From contig DATAVP010000029.1 in NCBI GenBank assembly GCA_036267655.1, forward strand, positions 32,151 to 96,150: DNA of 64,000 nt, in the 5' to 3' direction. Shown here in pieces: positions 47,483-57,177 of the stretch (positions are counted from its first letter, which is position 1; every line of letters begins with the position of its first letter). Under the pieces are notes generated by a model. That model was not told where the DNA came from, did no database searches, and worked only from the letters and a program-made list of their open reading frames with translations. Source of the stretch: Solirubrobacteraceae bacterium. GTDB lineage: Bacteria; Actinomycetota; Thermoleophilia; Solirubrobacterales; Solirubrobacteraceae. The translations under genes were made by a program, and so were the position numbers.

Positions 47483-48376
47483 TCAGGCCGCAAGCGCGAG
47501 CCCCCGTTCGCGAGCGCGCGCCGTCGCGATCACGCTTTCCAGCTGCGCCAGGCCGTTGAAGGTCCCCTTCGCCAGCGCGACCCCGTCGAGGTCGAGCGCC
47601 ACCGCATACGGGCTTCCCGGCACCGCCGCCTGCGCCCAGACCGCCGCGTCGGCGTGCTCGTCGAAGCTCTGCACCGCCACCAGCGGGTCGGCCGCGACGT
47701 GTGCCACCGCGGGCGCCACCTGCCCGCACAGCGGGCAGCCCTCGGAAGTGAACACCGCCAGGCTCAGCAGCGCCCGTGGGCCACGCTCAATCTGCCCCGC
47801 CCAGGGCTGGGGCTCGCCAAGCCGCGGTCCCTCGGACTCGATCTCGAGCGCCCCGCGCCCGCCCGCCGCGCCCAGGCGCAGCACGCCGACCTCGCGCGCC
47901 AGCGCCAGCAGCGCCACCGCCAACGCCGCCAGCGCCACGAGGCTCAGCGACAGCCCGAACGTCAGCCAGCGGTCATAGCCGCGCGGCGCGCTCGGAAACC
48001 AGCCCAGCGCGGCGGCACCCGAAAGCAGTGTCAGCGCGCCGGTGCGCGCCGTCGTCGACCAGCCCAGCCGCGAGTCGCCGCCGAAGCACGCGCACGGGCG
48101 CCCGCCCCGGCCCGCCAGCAGCGCCGCCCCCGTGGCGGCCGTGAACAGCGCGAACAGCCCCGCCGCCGCGGCCCGCGCGAAGCCAAGGCCCGTAAGCAGC
48201 GCCGCCGCCAGCGCCAGCTCGACGCCCACGAGCAGCCACAGCGCCAAGCGCTGGGAGCTCGCGCCGCGCAGGCCGTAGGTCGCGAACCCCGCGCCCGCAG
48301 CCTGCGGGCGCCGAGCCTTCAACATCGCGCTCGCGCCGAGCGCGAGCGCAAGCCAGATCGAGACGAGCGTCGTCAT
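47483..48376 (-). CDS. MauE/DoxX + MauD thioredoxin fusion
   Basis: TM region with PCACFG; LAREVGVL..GPRLGE..FTSEGCPLC..PGSPYAV..AKG. Confidence 0.82.
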   Translation of the reverse strand: MTTLVSIWLALALGASAMLKARRPQAAGAGFATYGLRGASSQRLALWLLVGVELALAAALLTGLGFARAAAAGLFALFTAATGAALLAGRGGRPCACFGGDSRLGWSTTARTGALTLLSGAAALGWFPSAPRGYDRWLTFGLSLSLVALAALAVALLALAREVGVLRLGAAGGRGALEIESEGPRLGEPQPWAGQIERGPRALLSLAVFTSEGCPLCGQVAPAVAHVAADPLVAVQSFDEHADAAVWAQAAVPGSPYAVALDLDGVALAKGTFNGLAQLESVIATARARERGLALAA

Positions 48377-48442
48377 TCGGCGCGCACCTTACGCCGCGCC
48401 TCGGATCGCTCAAGGCCCGGTCTGCGTACTGGTGCGTAGCGC

Positions 48443-49657
48443 TCAGCCGGCGAGCGCGCTGGGGTCCAGCTGGGCGATCTCGGTGTAGCCGCTGAGCGCG
48501 AGCGTCAAATCGAGCTCCGCCAGCAGGCAGCGCAGCACATGTTCGACCCCGACCTGCCCCGCCAGTGCCAGGCCCCAGACGTAGGGGCGTCCGATGCAGA
48601 CCGCGTCCGCGCCCAGCGCCAGCGCCTTGAAGATGTCGGCACCGCCGCGTATGCCGCTGTCGAACAGCAGCGGCAGCTCCGCGCCCACCGCCTCGCGGAT
48701 CCCGGGCAGCGCCTCGAGCGCGCCCAGCGAGCCGTCGACCTGACGGCCGCCGTGGTTTGAGACCAGCAGCCCGTCGATCCCCAGATCGCGCGCGCGGCCC
48801 GCGTCCTCGGCGTGGACGATGCCCTTCAGCACCACCGGCAGCGAGGTCTGCTCTTTGAGCCAGGAGAGGTCTTCCCAGCTGACGGTCGGGTTCGCGAACT
48901 GGTAGGCCCAGTGCCCGATCGCCGCGCTGGTGTCCTGCTCCGGCGGCTTCTCCAGCCCCGCCCGGAAGACCGGGTCGCTGAAGTAGTTGGCGACCCCCTC
49001 CCCTTTCAGGAACGGCAGGTAGGCGTGCTTCAAGTCGCGCGGTCGCCAGCCCAGGAACCAGGTGTCGAGCGTCAGCACGATCGCCTCGTAGCCCGCCCGC
49101 TCCGCGCGAGCGACGAAGCTCGCGGCCAGCTCGCGCTCGCGCGGCCAGTAGAGCTGATACCAGCGGCTCGCCTCCCCCATCGCCTCGGCGACCTGCTCGA
49201 TCGAGTGCGAGGCGGCGGTGCTGAGGATGTAGGGCACGCCCAGCGCCGCGGCCGCGCGCGCCGAGGCCAGCTCGCCTTCGGCGTGGACGATCGACTGCAC
49301 GCCCACCGGCCCCAACAGCAGCGGCGCGGACATCGAGGTGCCGAGCACCGAGACGCTCAGGTCACGCTCCGAGACGTCGCGCAGCATCCGCGGCACGATC
49401 CGCCGCCGCTCGAAGGCGTCGAGGTTCGCCTGCATCGTGCGCTCGGAGCCCGCGCCGCCCGCCACGTAGCCGTAGGCCGCGGCGTCGAGCTTCTCGCGCG
49501 CACGCTCCTGCAGCTCCGCGGCCGAGACCGGCAGCGAAGGCGTCTGCTCGAGCAGCCCGCCCGCGTACATCTCATATTGGAAGGAGGCGAAGTCCAGCCC
49601 CTGCTCCCGTACCGCCTGCTCAGCCTGCTCGGCCGGCCGCTCGTCGTCCTCGCTCAT
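48443..49657 (-). CDS. FMN-dependent alpha-hydroxy acid oxidase (lactate 2-monooxygenase-like)
   Basis: YVAGGAG, PRMLRDV, WYQLY, LKGI, SNHGGRQVD, DSGIR, GRPY. Confidence 0.92.
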   Translation of the reverse strand: MSEDDERPAEQAEQAVREQGLDFASFQYEMYAGGLLEQTPSLPVSAAELQERAREKLDAAAYGYVAGGAGSERTMQANLDAFERRRIVPRMLRDVSERDLSVSVLGTSMSAPLLLGPVGVQSIVHAEGELASARAAAALGVPYILSTAASHSIEQVAEAMGEASRWYQLYWPRERELAASFVARAERAGYEAIVLTLDTWFLGWRPRDLKHAYLPFLKGEGVANYFSDPVFRAGLEKPPEQDTSAAIGHWAYQFANPTVSWEDLSWLKEQTSLPVVLKGIVHAEDAGRARDLGIDGLLVSNHGGRQVDGSLGALEALPGIREAVGAELPLLFDSGIRGGADIFKALALGADAVCIGRPYVWGLALAGQVGVEHVLRCLLAELDLTLALSGYTEIAQLDPSALAG

Positions 49658-49669
49658 CGCCCGCGCACC

Positions 49670-50188
49670 CTAGCGCCCGCCGTCCGCGGGGTCCCCGGCC
49701 TCGACCTCGCGCAGCCCGTGCGACTCCACGTCATAGACGAAGCCGCGCACCGCGTCGCGGTGCGGCAGGAACGGCGAGCGGCGCACGCGCAGGATCGATT
49801 GGCGCACGTCGGCCTCGAGGTCCCCGAAGGACTCGATCGCAAACGGCGGCGCCACGCCCGCGTCGGCCTGCAGCTCGGCGCGAAAGCCGTCGTCGGTGAT
49901 CTTCAACAGGCCGCAGTCGGTGTGATGGATCAGCATCACCTCGCGCGTGCCCAGCTTGCGCTGGGAGACCGCCAGCGAGCGGATCACATCGTCGGTGATG
50001 ACGCCGCCCGCGTTGCGCAGGATGTGCGCCTCGCCGTGGCCGAGGCCCAGCGCCGCGAACACGTCCAGGCGCGAGTCCATGCAGGTCACGATCGCCAGGC
50101 GGCGTTTCGGGCTGACCTCCAGCGACTCGCGCGCCGAGCCGTCGGCAAAGGCCGCGTTGTTGAGCAGCAGCTCCTCGATCGCGCTCAT
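49670..50188 (-). CDS. Beta-class carbonic anhydrase
   Basis: CMDSR, RNAGG, HHTDCG. Confidence 0.93.
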   Translation of the reverse strand: MSAIEELLLNNAAFADGSARESLEVSPKRRLAIVTCMDSRLDVFAALGLGHGEAHILRNAGGVITDDVIRSLAVSQRKLGTREVMLIHHTDCGLLKITDDGFRAELQADAGVAPPFAIESFGDLEADVRQSILRVRRSPFLPHRDAVRGFVYDVESHGLREVEAGDPADGGR

Positions 50189-50234
50189 CGCGCCAGCCTA
50201 GTGCCCGGCGCGGGCCGAGCGCCGCGCAGCGCCA

Positions 50235-51083
50235 TCAGGCGGCTGCGCGCTTCTCCAGGTAGCGCCGCAGCCCGGCGTAGCTCTGCTCGGGCGGCAGCGC
50301 CTGCGCGTAGGAGCCCGGCGTGCCGTCGCTGCGCGGCGCCCGCACGCGCTCGCGTACCTTCGCCACGAACCCGGCCTCGTCCAGCTCGCCCGCCCAGGCC
50401 TCGACCTCCTCCAGATGGGCGCGCAACGCCGCGAGCTGCTCGGGCACGTCCTCGTATGAGCCGAAGTGCGTGACCGCGACGCTGCGCGGCTGCCAGGCTT
50501 CGATCAGATCCAGCGAGGCGCGCCACGCCTCCAGGTCGATGTCGGGCGGCGGCGTCGGCGCGAGCACCACGCCGCCGTCGATCCGCACACCCGCCACGTC
50601 GCCCGTGAACGCCCGGCCGCTGGGCTCGTGCAGGTAGGAGACGTGGTGCGAGGCGTGCCCCGGCGTGTAGGCCACCTGAAACGGCCCGAGCCGCTCGCCG
50701 CCCTGCAGCACCCGCAGGCGCTCGGCGGGCACCGGCAGCACCTCGCCCCACAGCCGCTGCATCTGCTCGCCGTAGAGGCGCGTCGCGCTGTCGAGCAGGC
50801 GGCTCGGGTCCGCGAGGTGGCGGGCGCCGCGCTCGTGCACCCACACCTCCAGCTCGGGAAAGCGCCGCGCCAACGTGCCCGCGGCGCCCGCGTGGTCGAG
50901 GTGGATGTGCGTCAGCGCCAGGACCCGCGGCGGGTGCTCCTCCAGCACCGGCAGCAGCGCCGCGAGGCTGCTGCTCGGCCCGGGATCGACCACCACGTCG
51001 CCGACGCGCCAGGCGCCGATCACGTGCGGGCGGCCGAGGTGCATCACGTCGATCAGCTCGTGGGCTTCCTCGTCGTTGCTCAC
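50235..51083 (-). CDS. MBL-fold metallo-hydrolase
   Basis: THIHLDHAG, TPGHASHH, FTGD, THFG. Confidence 0.9.
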   Translation of the reverse strand: MSNDEEAHELIDVMHLGRPHVIGAWRVGDVVVDPGPSSSLAALLPVLEEHPPRVLALTHIHLDHAGAAGTLARRFPELEVWVHERGARHLADPSRLLDSATRLYGEQMQRLWGEVLPVPAERLRVLQGGERLGPFQVAYTPGHASHHVSYLHEPSGRAFTGDVAGVRIDGGVVLAPTPPPDIDLEAWRASLDLIEAWQPRSVAVTHFGSYEDVPEQLAALRAHLEEVEAWAGELDEAGFVAKVRERVRAPRSDGTPGSYAQALPPEQSYAGLRRYLEKRAAA

Positions 51084-52258
51084 GGCCCCTGCTTAGCAGA
51101 CGCGCGCAGCGCGAGCTCGAGCTCGAAGCGCGCGTCGGGGTCCTCGAGCGCCTCGCCGAGCAGCTCGCGCAGCTGGTTCATGCGGTAGCGCACGGTCTGC
51201 TCGTGGACGCCGAGCGCGCGGGCGGTCGCGGCGCGATTGCCCTGCGCGCGCAGCCAGCCCAGCAATGTCTGCTCCAGGCGCTCGCGCGTGCGCTCCGAGA
51301 GCGGCTCGAGCGCCGCCAGGCGCCGGGCGCGCAGCTCGCCCAGCACGCCGTCGGGGTCCCGCAGCGCGATCCTCGCCAGGTGCTCGGCGACCCAGCGCGG
51401 GCGCGCGGGTCCCTCGCCCGCGCCCGTCAGCTCGAGCAGCGTCCGCGCCAGGCGCAGCGAGCGACCGGCCTCGCGCCAGGGGACCGCGGGGCCGACGACG
51501 GCCCGCCCCGACACGCCACGCTCGACCAGTGCCCGCGCGCCGGGTCGAAGCGGGTCGGGCCACACGCCGAGCGCCAGCTCCCCCTCCGCGACGGCGACCG
51601 TGTGCTCGCCGAGCGCGCCGGTCAGCCGCGCGACGGTGGAGCCCTGCACGGCGATGCCCGCGACCGTGCTCGGGATGCTCCAACCCGCGGCGCTCGCCGC
51701 CGCGCGCACGGCCTCCTGATCGACGGGCTCGGCCGCGAGCGCGGCGAACAGCCGACGGCGGCGTCGCTCGCGCTCGCCCGCGCGTTCGGCCTGCACGGCG
51801 GCGTAGCCCTCGACCGACTCGGCCGAGAGCTCGTCGATGTAGACGAAGATCGACTCCGCCAGGAGCTGCAGCGCCGCGGCGTCGAGGCCCGCGGCGCTGC
51901 CCGCGCGCGACCATCGCCGCCAGGCCACGCGGGCGCCGATCCGGTAGGCCGACTGCAGCGCGTCGAGGCTGCGCCCCGCGCGCAGCTCGCCGCGCCCGAG
52001 ACCCCTGTAGACCGAGCGGTCCTGCACCCGCCCCGCGACCGGGTCCTCGATCAGCTGCACGAAGTGGCGAAGCGCCTCGTGCACGCCCAGGCGCAGGCCG
52101 CGCTCGAAGCTGCCCTGCAGCGGACGGCCGTACTCGGGCACGTCGAGCACGATCGTGTCGATGATCTCGTCGGCCAACCCGTCCAGCTCGGGGCGCAGGG
52201 CACGAGCCACGTCCGCGTCGAGCCCCTCCCAGGGCCGCTTCGTGAGTCCGGTCGTCAT
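51080..52258 (-). CDS. PucR/CdaR-family regulator (FasR-like)
   Basis: C-terminal TLLGWL..GNRAATARALGVHEQTVRYRM; N-terminal GRSLDALQSAYRIGAR. Confidence 0.88.
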   Translation of the reverse strand: MTTGLTKRPWEGLDADVARALRPELDGLADEIIDTIVLDVPEYGRPLQGSFERGLRLGVHEALRHFVQLIEDPVAGRVQDRSVYRGLGRGELRAGRSLDALQSAYRIGARVAWRRWSRAGSAAGLDAAALQLLAESIFVYIDELSAESVEGYAAVQAERAGERERRRRRLFAALAAEPVDQEAVRAAASAAGWSIPSTVAGIAVQGSTVARLTGALGEHTVAVAEGELALGVWPDPLRPGARALVERGVSGRAVVGPAVPWREAGRSLRLARTLLELTGAGEGPARPRWVAEHLARIALRDPDGVLGELRARRLAALEPLSERTRERLEQTLLGWLRAQGNRAATARALGVHEQTVRYRMNQLRELLGEALEDPDARFELELALRASAKQGP

Positions 52259-52350
52259 ATTTTATTTATATATAAATTGATAAAAATCGTCTGCTTACAT
52301 CGTTTATAGAGGTCAAGAAGGCATCCGATCTAGCGCTTTAGGGTTGATGC
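52259..52350. promoter_or_regulatory. AT-rich divergent promoter region with a 14-bp palindrome
   Basis: ATTTATATATAAAT (52264-52277); TAGGGT 6 nt before the desaturase ATG. Confidence 0.7.
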
Positions 52351-53256
52351 ATGACCCGATTCGAGCGTTCCGCCAACATCGCCGCCGTGCTGCTGCCGTT
52401 CGTCGCCTTGATCGCCGCCGTGACCGTCTTCTGGGACCACGGCGTCGGCCTCGCCGACCTCGCCGTAATGCTCGCGATGTACCTGCTGACCGGCCTCGGC
52501 ATCACGATCGGCTACCACCGCCTGTTCACGCACAACGCCTTCAGCGCCAAGCGCTCCGTGCGCTACACGCTCGCCGTGCTCGGCTCGATGGCCGTCGAGG
52601 GGCCGCTCTCGGACTGGGTCGCCGACCACCGCAAGCACCACGCCCACACCGACGAGGAGGGCGACCCGCACAGCCCGCACGTCGGCGCGGGCTCCGGCGT
52701 CGCGGGGCTGTGGCACGCCCACATCGGCTGGCTCTACCGCACCCAGGGCCAGGCCGCCACCCGCCGCTACGCCCCCGACATCGTCGAGGACCCCGGGCTG
52801 CGCCTGATCAGCCGTCGGTTCGGCGAGCTCGTGCTGCTGTCGCTGCTGATCCCCTTCGCCGCGGGCTTCGCGATCCACGGCACGCTCGGCGGCGCGCTGC
52901 TGACGCTGCTGTGGGCCGGGCTCGTGCGGATCTTCCTGCTGCACCATGTCACGTGGTCGATCAACTCCGTCTGCCACTTCTTCGGCCGCCGCCGCTTCGA
53001 GGTCGAGGACCGCTCCACGAACGTCTTCTGGCTCGCGATCCCCTCGCTCGGCGAGTCCTGGCACCACAACCACCACGCCTTCCCGCGCTCGGCCTCGCAC
53101 GGCCTGCGCGCCTGGGAGCTCGACCCCTCCGCGGGCGTGATCTGGGTGCTCGAGAAGCTCGGGCTGGTCTCCGATGTCGTGCGCATCGGCCCCGAGCGCC
53201 AGCGCCGGCGCGAGGCCGCCCCCGCGCCGGGGCGCGGCGTCGGCGAGCGCGCCTGA
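52351..53256 (+). CDS. Membrane acyl-CoA/acyl-lipid delta-9-type desaturase
   Basis: His boxes HRLFTH, HRKHH, HHNHH; GDPHSP; NSVCH. Confidence 0.93.
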   Translation: MTRFERSANIAAVLLPFVALIAAVTVFWDHGVGLADLAVMLAMYLLTGLGITIGYHRLFTHNAFSAKRSVRYTLAVLGSMAVEGPLSDWVADHRKHHAHTDEEGDPHSPHVGAGSGVAGLWHAHIGWLYRTQGQAATRRYAPDIVEDPGLRLISRRFGELVLLSLLIPFAAGFAIHGTLGGALLTLLWAGLVRIFLLHHVTWSINSVCHFFGRRRFEVEDRSTNVFWLAIPSLGESWHHNHHAFPRSASHGLRAWELDPSAGVIWVLEKLGLVSDVVRIGPERQRRREAAPAPGRGVGERA

Positions 53257-53283
53257 CCCCGACCCGCTCAACCCCCGGCCCGC

Positions 53284-53928
53284 TCAGCCCGCGAACAGAC
53301 CCAGGCGCTCGGCCCGCCTGACCGCGTCGGCACGGTTCTTCGCGCCTAGCTTCTTGTAGAGCGAGCTCGTCAGGTCCTTGACCGTGTGCGGCGAGAGGTG
53401 CAGCGCCGCCGCCACCTCGCGGTTCGTCGCGCCCGAGGCGATCAGCTCCAGCACCTCGCGCTCGCGCGGCGAGGGCGGCGTCGCGGTCGGCCCCTCGGCC
53501 TGCGGCTCGAACACCGTCAGCCCCAGGCCCACCATCCGCACCGCGCGCGAGATGTCCGCCGCGCCCCAGTCCTTCGGGATGAAGCCCGAGGCGCCCGCCG
53601 CTTTCGCCGCCCCCGGCGAGATCCGCCCCGCGCCCGAGATCAGGAGCACGTTCGTCATCGGCGAGCGCTTGCGCAGCTGCTCGCAGACGTCGGCGCCCGA
53701 CTCCTCGCCGATGAACAGGTCCACCAGCGCCACGTGCGGCTCGTAGCGCAGCGCCAGCGCGTAGGCCTCCTCGCCGCTGCGCGCGCTCAGGCAGCGCTCG
53801 ACCCAAGGCTGGTTGCCGAACATCAGCCGAAAGCCCCAGTGCACGACGTCGTGGTCGTCGACGACCAGCACCCGCAGCGGGCGGCTCGGGGTCTCGGGGA
53901 TCGGGGCTTTCGCGCTCGCCGCGCTCAC
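53284..53928 (-). CDS. NarL/LuxR-family response regulator
   Basis: VVDDH, LVDL, GFIPK; PREREVLELIASGATNREVA HTH. Confidence 0.92.
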   Translation of the reverse strand: MSAASAKAPIPETPSRPLRVLVVDDHDVVHWGFRLMFGNQPWVERCLSARSGEEAYALALRYEPHVALVDLFIGEESGADVCEQLRKRSPMTNVLLISGAGRISPGAAKAAGASGFIPKDWGAADISRAVRMVGLGLTVFEPQAEGPTATPPSPREREVLELIASGATNREVAAALHLSPHTVKDLTSSLYKKLGAKNRADAVRRAERLGLFAG

Positions 53929-55067
53929 AGGCCCTCCCCGGCGAGCGGCACGACCAGGCGCACGCGCCAGCGCCGCTGCTCACGCTGGCCGAACTCGAGC
54001 ACGCCGCCCGCCTGCAGAGCCTCCATCGCCGCAAGCCGCAGGCCGACGCCCGCGCGCTGCGCGCGCCCGCCGCCGCCCTGGACGCCGTCATTGGAGACCT
54101 CCAGCACGAACGTGCCCTCGCTCATCTCGGCGCGCACCGACACCCGCGTCGGCTGCGCGTGCTTGTGGGCGTTGCGCACCGCCTCCGCGAGCACCGACTG
54201 CGCCAGACCCTCCAGCGCCGCCGGAACCACCAGCTCGGCGCCCGGCTCCGGCTCGATCCCGAGGTCCGGGTGCTCGTGGCGCAGGCGTCGCACCTCCTCC
54301 GCGAGCGTCGTCTTCGTGTCCGGCGCCGAGCGGCCCAGCGGGCGCTCCAGCGCCGAGCGCAGCTCCGCCAGCGAGCGCTGCAGCTCCTGCGCGCAGCGCA
54401 GCCGCGTCGCTTCGTCCAGCGGCCGGTCCGGCGACAGCGCCAGCGAGATCCCGAACAGTCGCTGGATCACGTTCTCGTGCACCTCGCGCGTCAGGTCGAT
54501 CCGGTGCTCGAGCTGACGCGCCTTCTCGCGCTGGCGCGTCGCCACGCGCGCCATCGAGGCCAGCGCCGCGGTCTTGCCCAGGATCCACAGCACGTCGCGC
54601 TCGGCGTCGTCCAGAGGCGGCGCGTCGTCGTCGCGTTCGGCCACGATCGCCCCCAGCCAGCGCCCGCGCGCGCTCATCGGCGAGCAGACCACCGTGCTGC
54701 TGTGCAGCAGCCGCACATACTCCGACGGCAGCTCGCGCTCCAGGCCCTCGGTCACTTCGATCACGCGGTCGAGCTCCAGCGCGCGCTTGGCCAGCGGCGC
54801 CGACTCCACCGTGATGAAGGCGTCCGCGAAGATCGAGACGTCGATCCCGAAGCTGCCCGCCGCCCGCACGCGCCGACGCGCGGAGTCGTAGCGGAAGATG
54901 ATCGCCCGTCGCAGGCGGGTCGCCCGCACCGTCGCCTCGCACAGGCGGCTGTAGAAGTCGTCCTCCGCCGCGCTCAGCTCGCCCTGCGCCAACACGTCGG
55001 CGAACAGCTCGATCGCGGACGCGTGAGCCGCCGAGAGCACTTCCTCGCGCATCTCACTGGGCGACAC
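53925..55067 (-). CDS. Cytoplasmic GAF-domain histidine kinase (HisKA_3, DosS-like)
   Basis: GAF (CSPMSARGRWLGAI), REVHENVIQRLF, EAVRNAHKHA, VSNDG, GVGL; no TM; TACTGT 7 nt before GTG 55067 (alternative ATG 55052). Confidence 0.85.
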   Translation of the reverse strand: MSPSEMREEVLSAAHASAIELFADVLAQGELSAAEDDFYSRLCEATVRATRLRRAIIFRYDSARRRVRAAGSFGIDVSIFADAFITVESAPLAKRALELDRVIEVTEGLERELPSEYVRLLHSSTVVCSPMSARGRWLGAIVAERDDDAPPLDDAERDVLWILGKTAALASMARVATRQREKARQLEHRIDLTREVHENVIQRLFGISLALSPDRPLDEATRLRCAQELQRSLAELRSALERPLGRSAPDTKTTLAEEVRRLRHEHPDLGIEPEPGAELVVPAALEGLAQSVLAEAVRNAHKHAQPTRVSVRAEMSEGTFVLEVSNDGVQGGGGRAQRAGVGLRLAAMEALQAGGVLEFGQREQRRWRVRLVVPLAGEGL

Positions 55068-55119
55068 CCGCTTGACAGTACCGAAGCACCGTGCCCGCGC
55101 CGCCGCCACGGGGGCCGAG

Positions 55120-55191
55120 TACCCCCGTTCGGGGGGTCGCCGCCGAGCGGCACCCCCCATCCGTCGCCGATCCACCCCACGCTCGGGGGTG
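55120..55191. promoter_or_regulatory. C/G-tract inverted repeats between the kinase and fabD (candidate regulator sites)
   Basis: TACCCCCG-tt-CGGGGGGT (55120-55137), CACCCCCC (55151-55158), CACCCC-N7-GGGGTG (55173-55191). Confidence 0.5.
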
Positions 55192-55244
55192 ATGCGCCCG
55201 GCTTCGCCAGGGGCTCGCCGCGGGGACGGCAAAGTCGTCTCTCG

Positions 55245-56177
55245 ATGAGCAGATCGTCCGCGACGCCCAGCGCCACCGCCGCCCTGTTCCCGGGCCAGGG
55301 CGTCTCGCTCGCGGGCGGGCGCGAGCTCGTCGAGCAGCTCTGCCCCCAGCCCTATGAGCGCTGCTGCGAGCTGCTCGGCGAAGACCCCTTCGAGCGCGCC
55401 GCGCAGAGCACCCGCTTTGCCCAGCCCGCGATCTTCCTGTCGAGCATCGCGGGCTGGCGCGCGTTGGAGGACTCGTCAGATGCGTTGGGTGACTCGCGCG
55501 GTGGCGCGGACCCGCGGGGCGCGGCGCTCGCGGGCCACTCGCTCGGCGAGCTGTCCGCACTGACTGCCGCGAGCGTGTTCGCGCTGGAGGACGCGCTCGC
55601 GCTCGTCGTGCTGCGCGGCGCCCTGATGGCCGACGCCGCCGAGCGCCATCGCGGCGGCGGCATGCTCGCGATCCTCAAGGGCACGCCCGCCGATGCCGAG
55701 TCGCTCGCCCGCGCCCACGGCGTCGAGGTCGCCAACGACAACGCTCCCGGCCAGACGATCCTCTCCGGCGATCGCTCCGCGCTCGAGGACGCCGCCGCCG
55801 ATGCGCGCGAGCGCGGCCTGCGCGCGATGCGCCTCGACGTCACCGGCGCGTTTCACTCGCGCGCGATGCAGAGCGCCTGCGAGCCGTTTCTGGATGCGCT
55901 CGCGACCGTCGAGCTCGCCGAGCCGCGCGTGCCCGTCTACTCGAGCATGACCGCCGCCCCGTTTCGCGACGTGCGCGCCGAGCTGGCCCAAGCGCTCGTG
56001 CGCCCCGTGCGCTGGCGCGAGACGATGCTCGCGCTGCACGCCGCGGGCGCGCGCCGCTTTCTCGACGTCGGCCCCGATCGCGTGCTCGCGCGGCTGGTCG
56101 ATCGCAACGTCGCCGACAGCGAGGCGCTCGTCGGCTCGGAGCTGGCTGCCGAGGTGAGCGATGGCGTCCACGCTTGA
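55245..56177 (+). CDS. fabD: Malonyl-CoA:ACP transacylase
   Basis: LFPGQG, AQPAI, GHSLGE, GAFHS, PVRW; start ATG 55245. Confidence 0.92.
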   Translation: MSRSSATPSATAALFPGQGVSLAGGRELVEQLCPQPYERCCELLGEDPFERAAQSTRFAQPAIFLSSIAGWRALEDSSDALGDSRGGADPRGAALAGHSLGELSALTAASVFALEDALALVVLRGALMADAAERHRGGGMLAILKGTPADAESLARAHGVEVANDNAPGQTILSGDRSALEDAAADARERGLRAMRLDVTGAFHSRAMQSACEPFLDALATVELAEPRVPVYSSMTAAPFRDVRAELAQALVRPVRWRETMLALHAAGARRFLDVGPDRVLARLVDRNVADSEALVGSELAAEVSDGVHA

Positions 56178-57177
56178 GCCCCTGCCCGCCCCCGCCGGAA
56201 GCCTCGCGCCCGCCGGGGGGACGCTTGCGACGGGCAGCGGCCCCGGCGTGCTCGGGCTCGGCAGCGCGCTGCCCGAGCCCGTCGTCGGCAACGACCGCGT
56301 CGCCGCTCGGATCGGCGTCGGCGAGGAGTGGATCCTGCGTCGCACCGGGATTCGCGAGCGCCGCCACGCCCCGCCCGGCGCGAAGCTGAGCGAGCTCGCC
56401 GCCGAGGCGGGCCGAGCCGCGCTCGCCGACGCTGGCCTCGACGCCCCCGCGCTCGAGCTGCTGATCCTCGCGACGTTCACCGCCGACTCGATCATCCCGC
56501 CCGACTCCGCCCGTGTCGCGCACCTGCTCGGCGCGCCGCGAGCCACGACCTTCGACCTCAACAACGCCTGCTCGGGCTTCATCGCCGGGCTCGCCACCGC
56601 CGAGGCGCTGATCCGTGCGGGCGGACACGCGAACGCGCTCGTGATCGGCGCCGAGATCATCTCGCGCCGGCTCGACCCCGGCGACCGCAAGACCGCCGCT
56701 GTGTTCGGCGACGGCGCGGGCGCCGTCGTGCTCGGCCGCGAGGCGCCCGGCGGCTTCAGCCCGTTCGCGATGGGCGCCGACGGCTCGCAGGCGCACCTGA
56801 TCACGACCGACCCCGCCAGCGGCCTGCTGCAGATGGACGGGCACGAGACCTTCAAGCAGGCCGTCGCGCGCATGGGCGAGGTCACGTTGCGGGCCTGCGC
56901 CGCCGCCGATCTGCGGCTCGGTGAGATCGACCTGTTCGTGTTCCACCAGGCCAACAGCCGCATCACCGCGACGCTCGGCGAGCGCCTCGGGCTCGACCCC
57001 GCAAAGGTGATCGACTGCATCGCCACGCTCGGCAACACCTCCGCCGCGAGCATCCCGCTCGCGCTCACGCACGCGCGCCGGGAAGGGCGCCTGCGGGCGG
57101 GCCAGAAAGTGCTGCTCGCCGCCGTCGGGGCGGGCTTCACCTGGGGCGCGACCGTCATGCAGTGGAAGGCGCGATGA
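56161..57177 (+). CDS. fabH: 3-oxoacyl-ACP synthase III
   Basis: NACSGF, FGDGAGA, HQAN, GNTSAAS. Confidence 0.93.
   Translation: MASTLEPLPAPAGSLAPAGGTLATGSGPGVLGLGSALPEPVVGNDRVAARIGVGEEWILRRTGIRERRHAPPGAKLSELAAEAGRAALADAGLDAPALELLILATFTADSIIPPDSARVAHLLGAPRATTFDLNNACSGFIAGLATAEALIRAGGHANALVIGAEIISRRLDPGDRKTAAVFGDGAGAVVLGREAPGGFSPFAMGADGSQAHLITTDPASGLLQMDGHETFKQAVARMGEVTLRACAAADLRLGEIDLFVFHQANSRITATLGERLGLDPAKVIDCIATLGNTSAASIPLALTHARREGRLRAGQKVLLAAVGAGFTWGATVMQWKAR

Noticed and set aside
54159-55244. Apparent 672-aa fabD with a long N-terminal extension
   Set aside because: The extension is the antisense of the histidine kinase; FabD motifs begin after ATG 55245.
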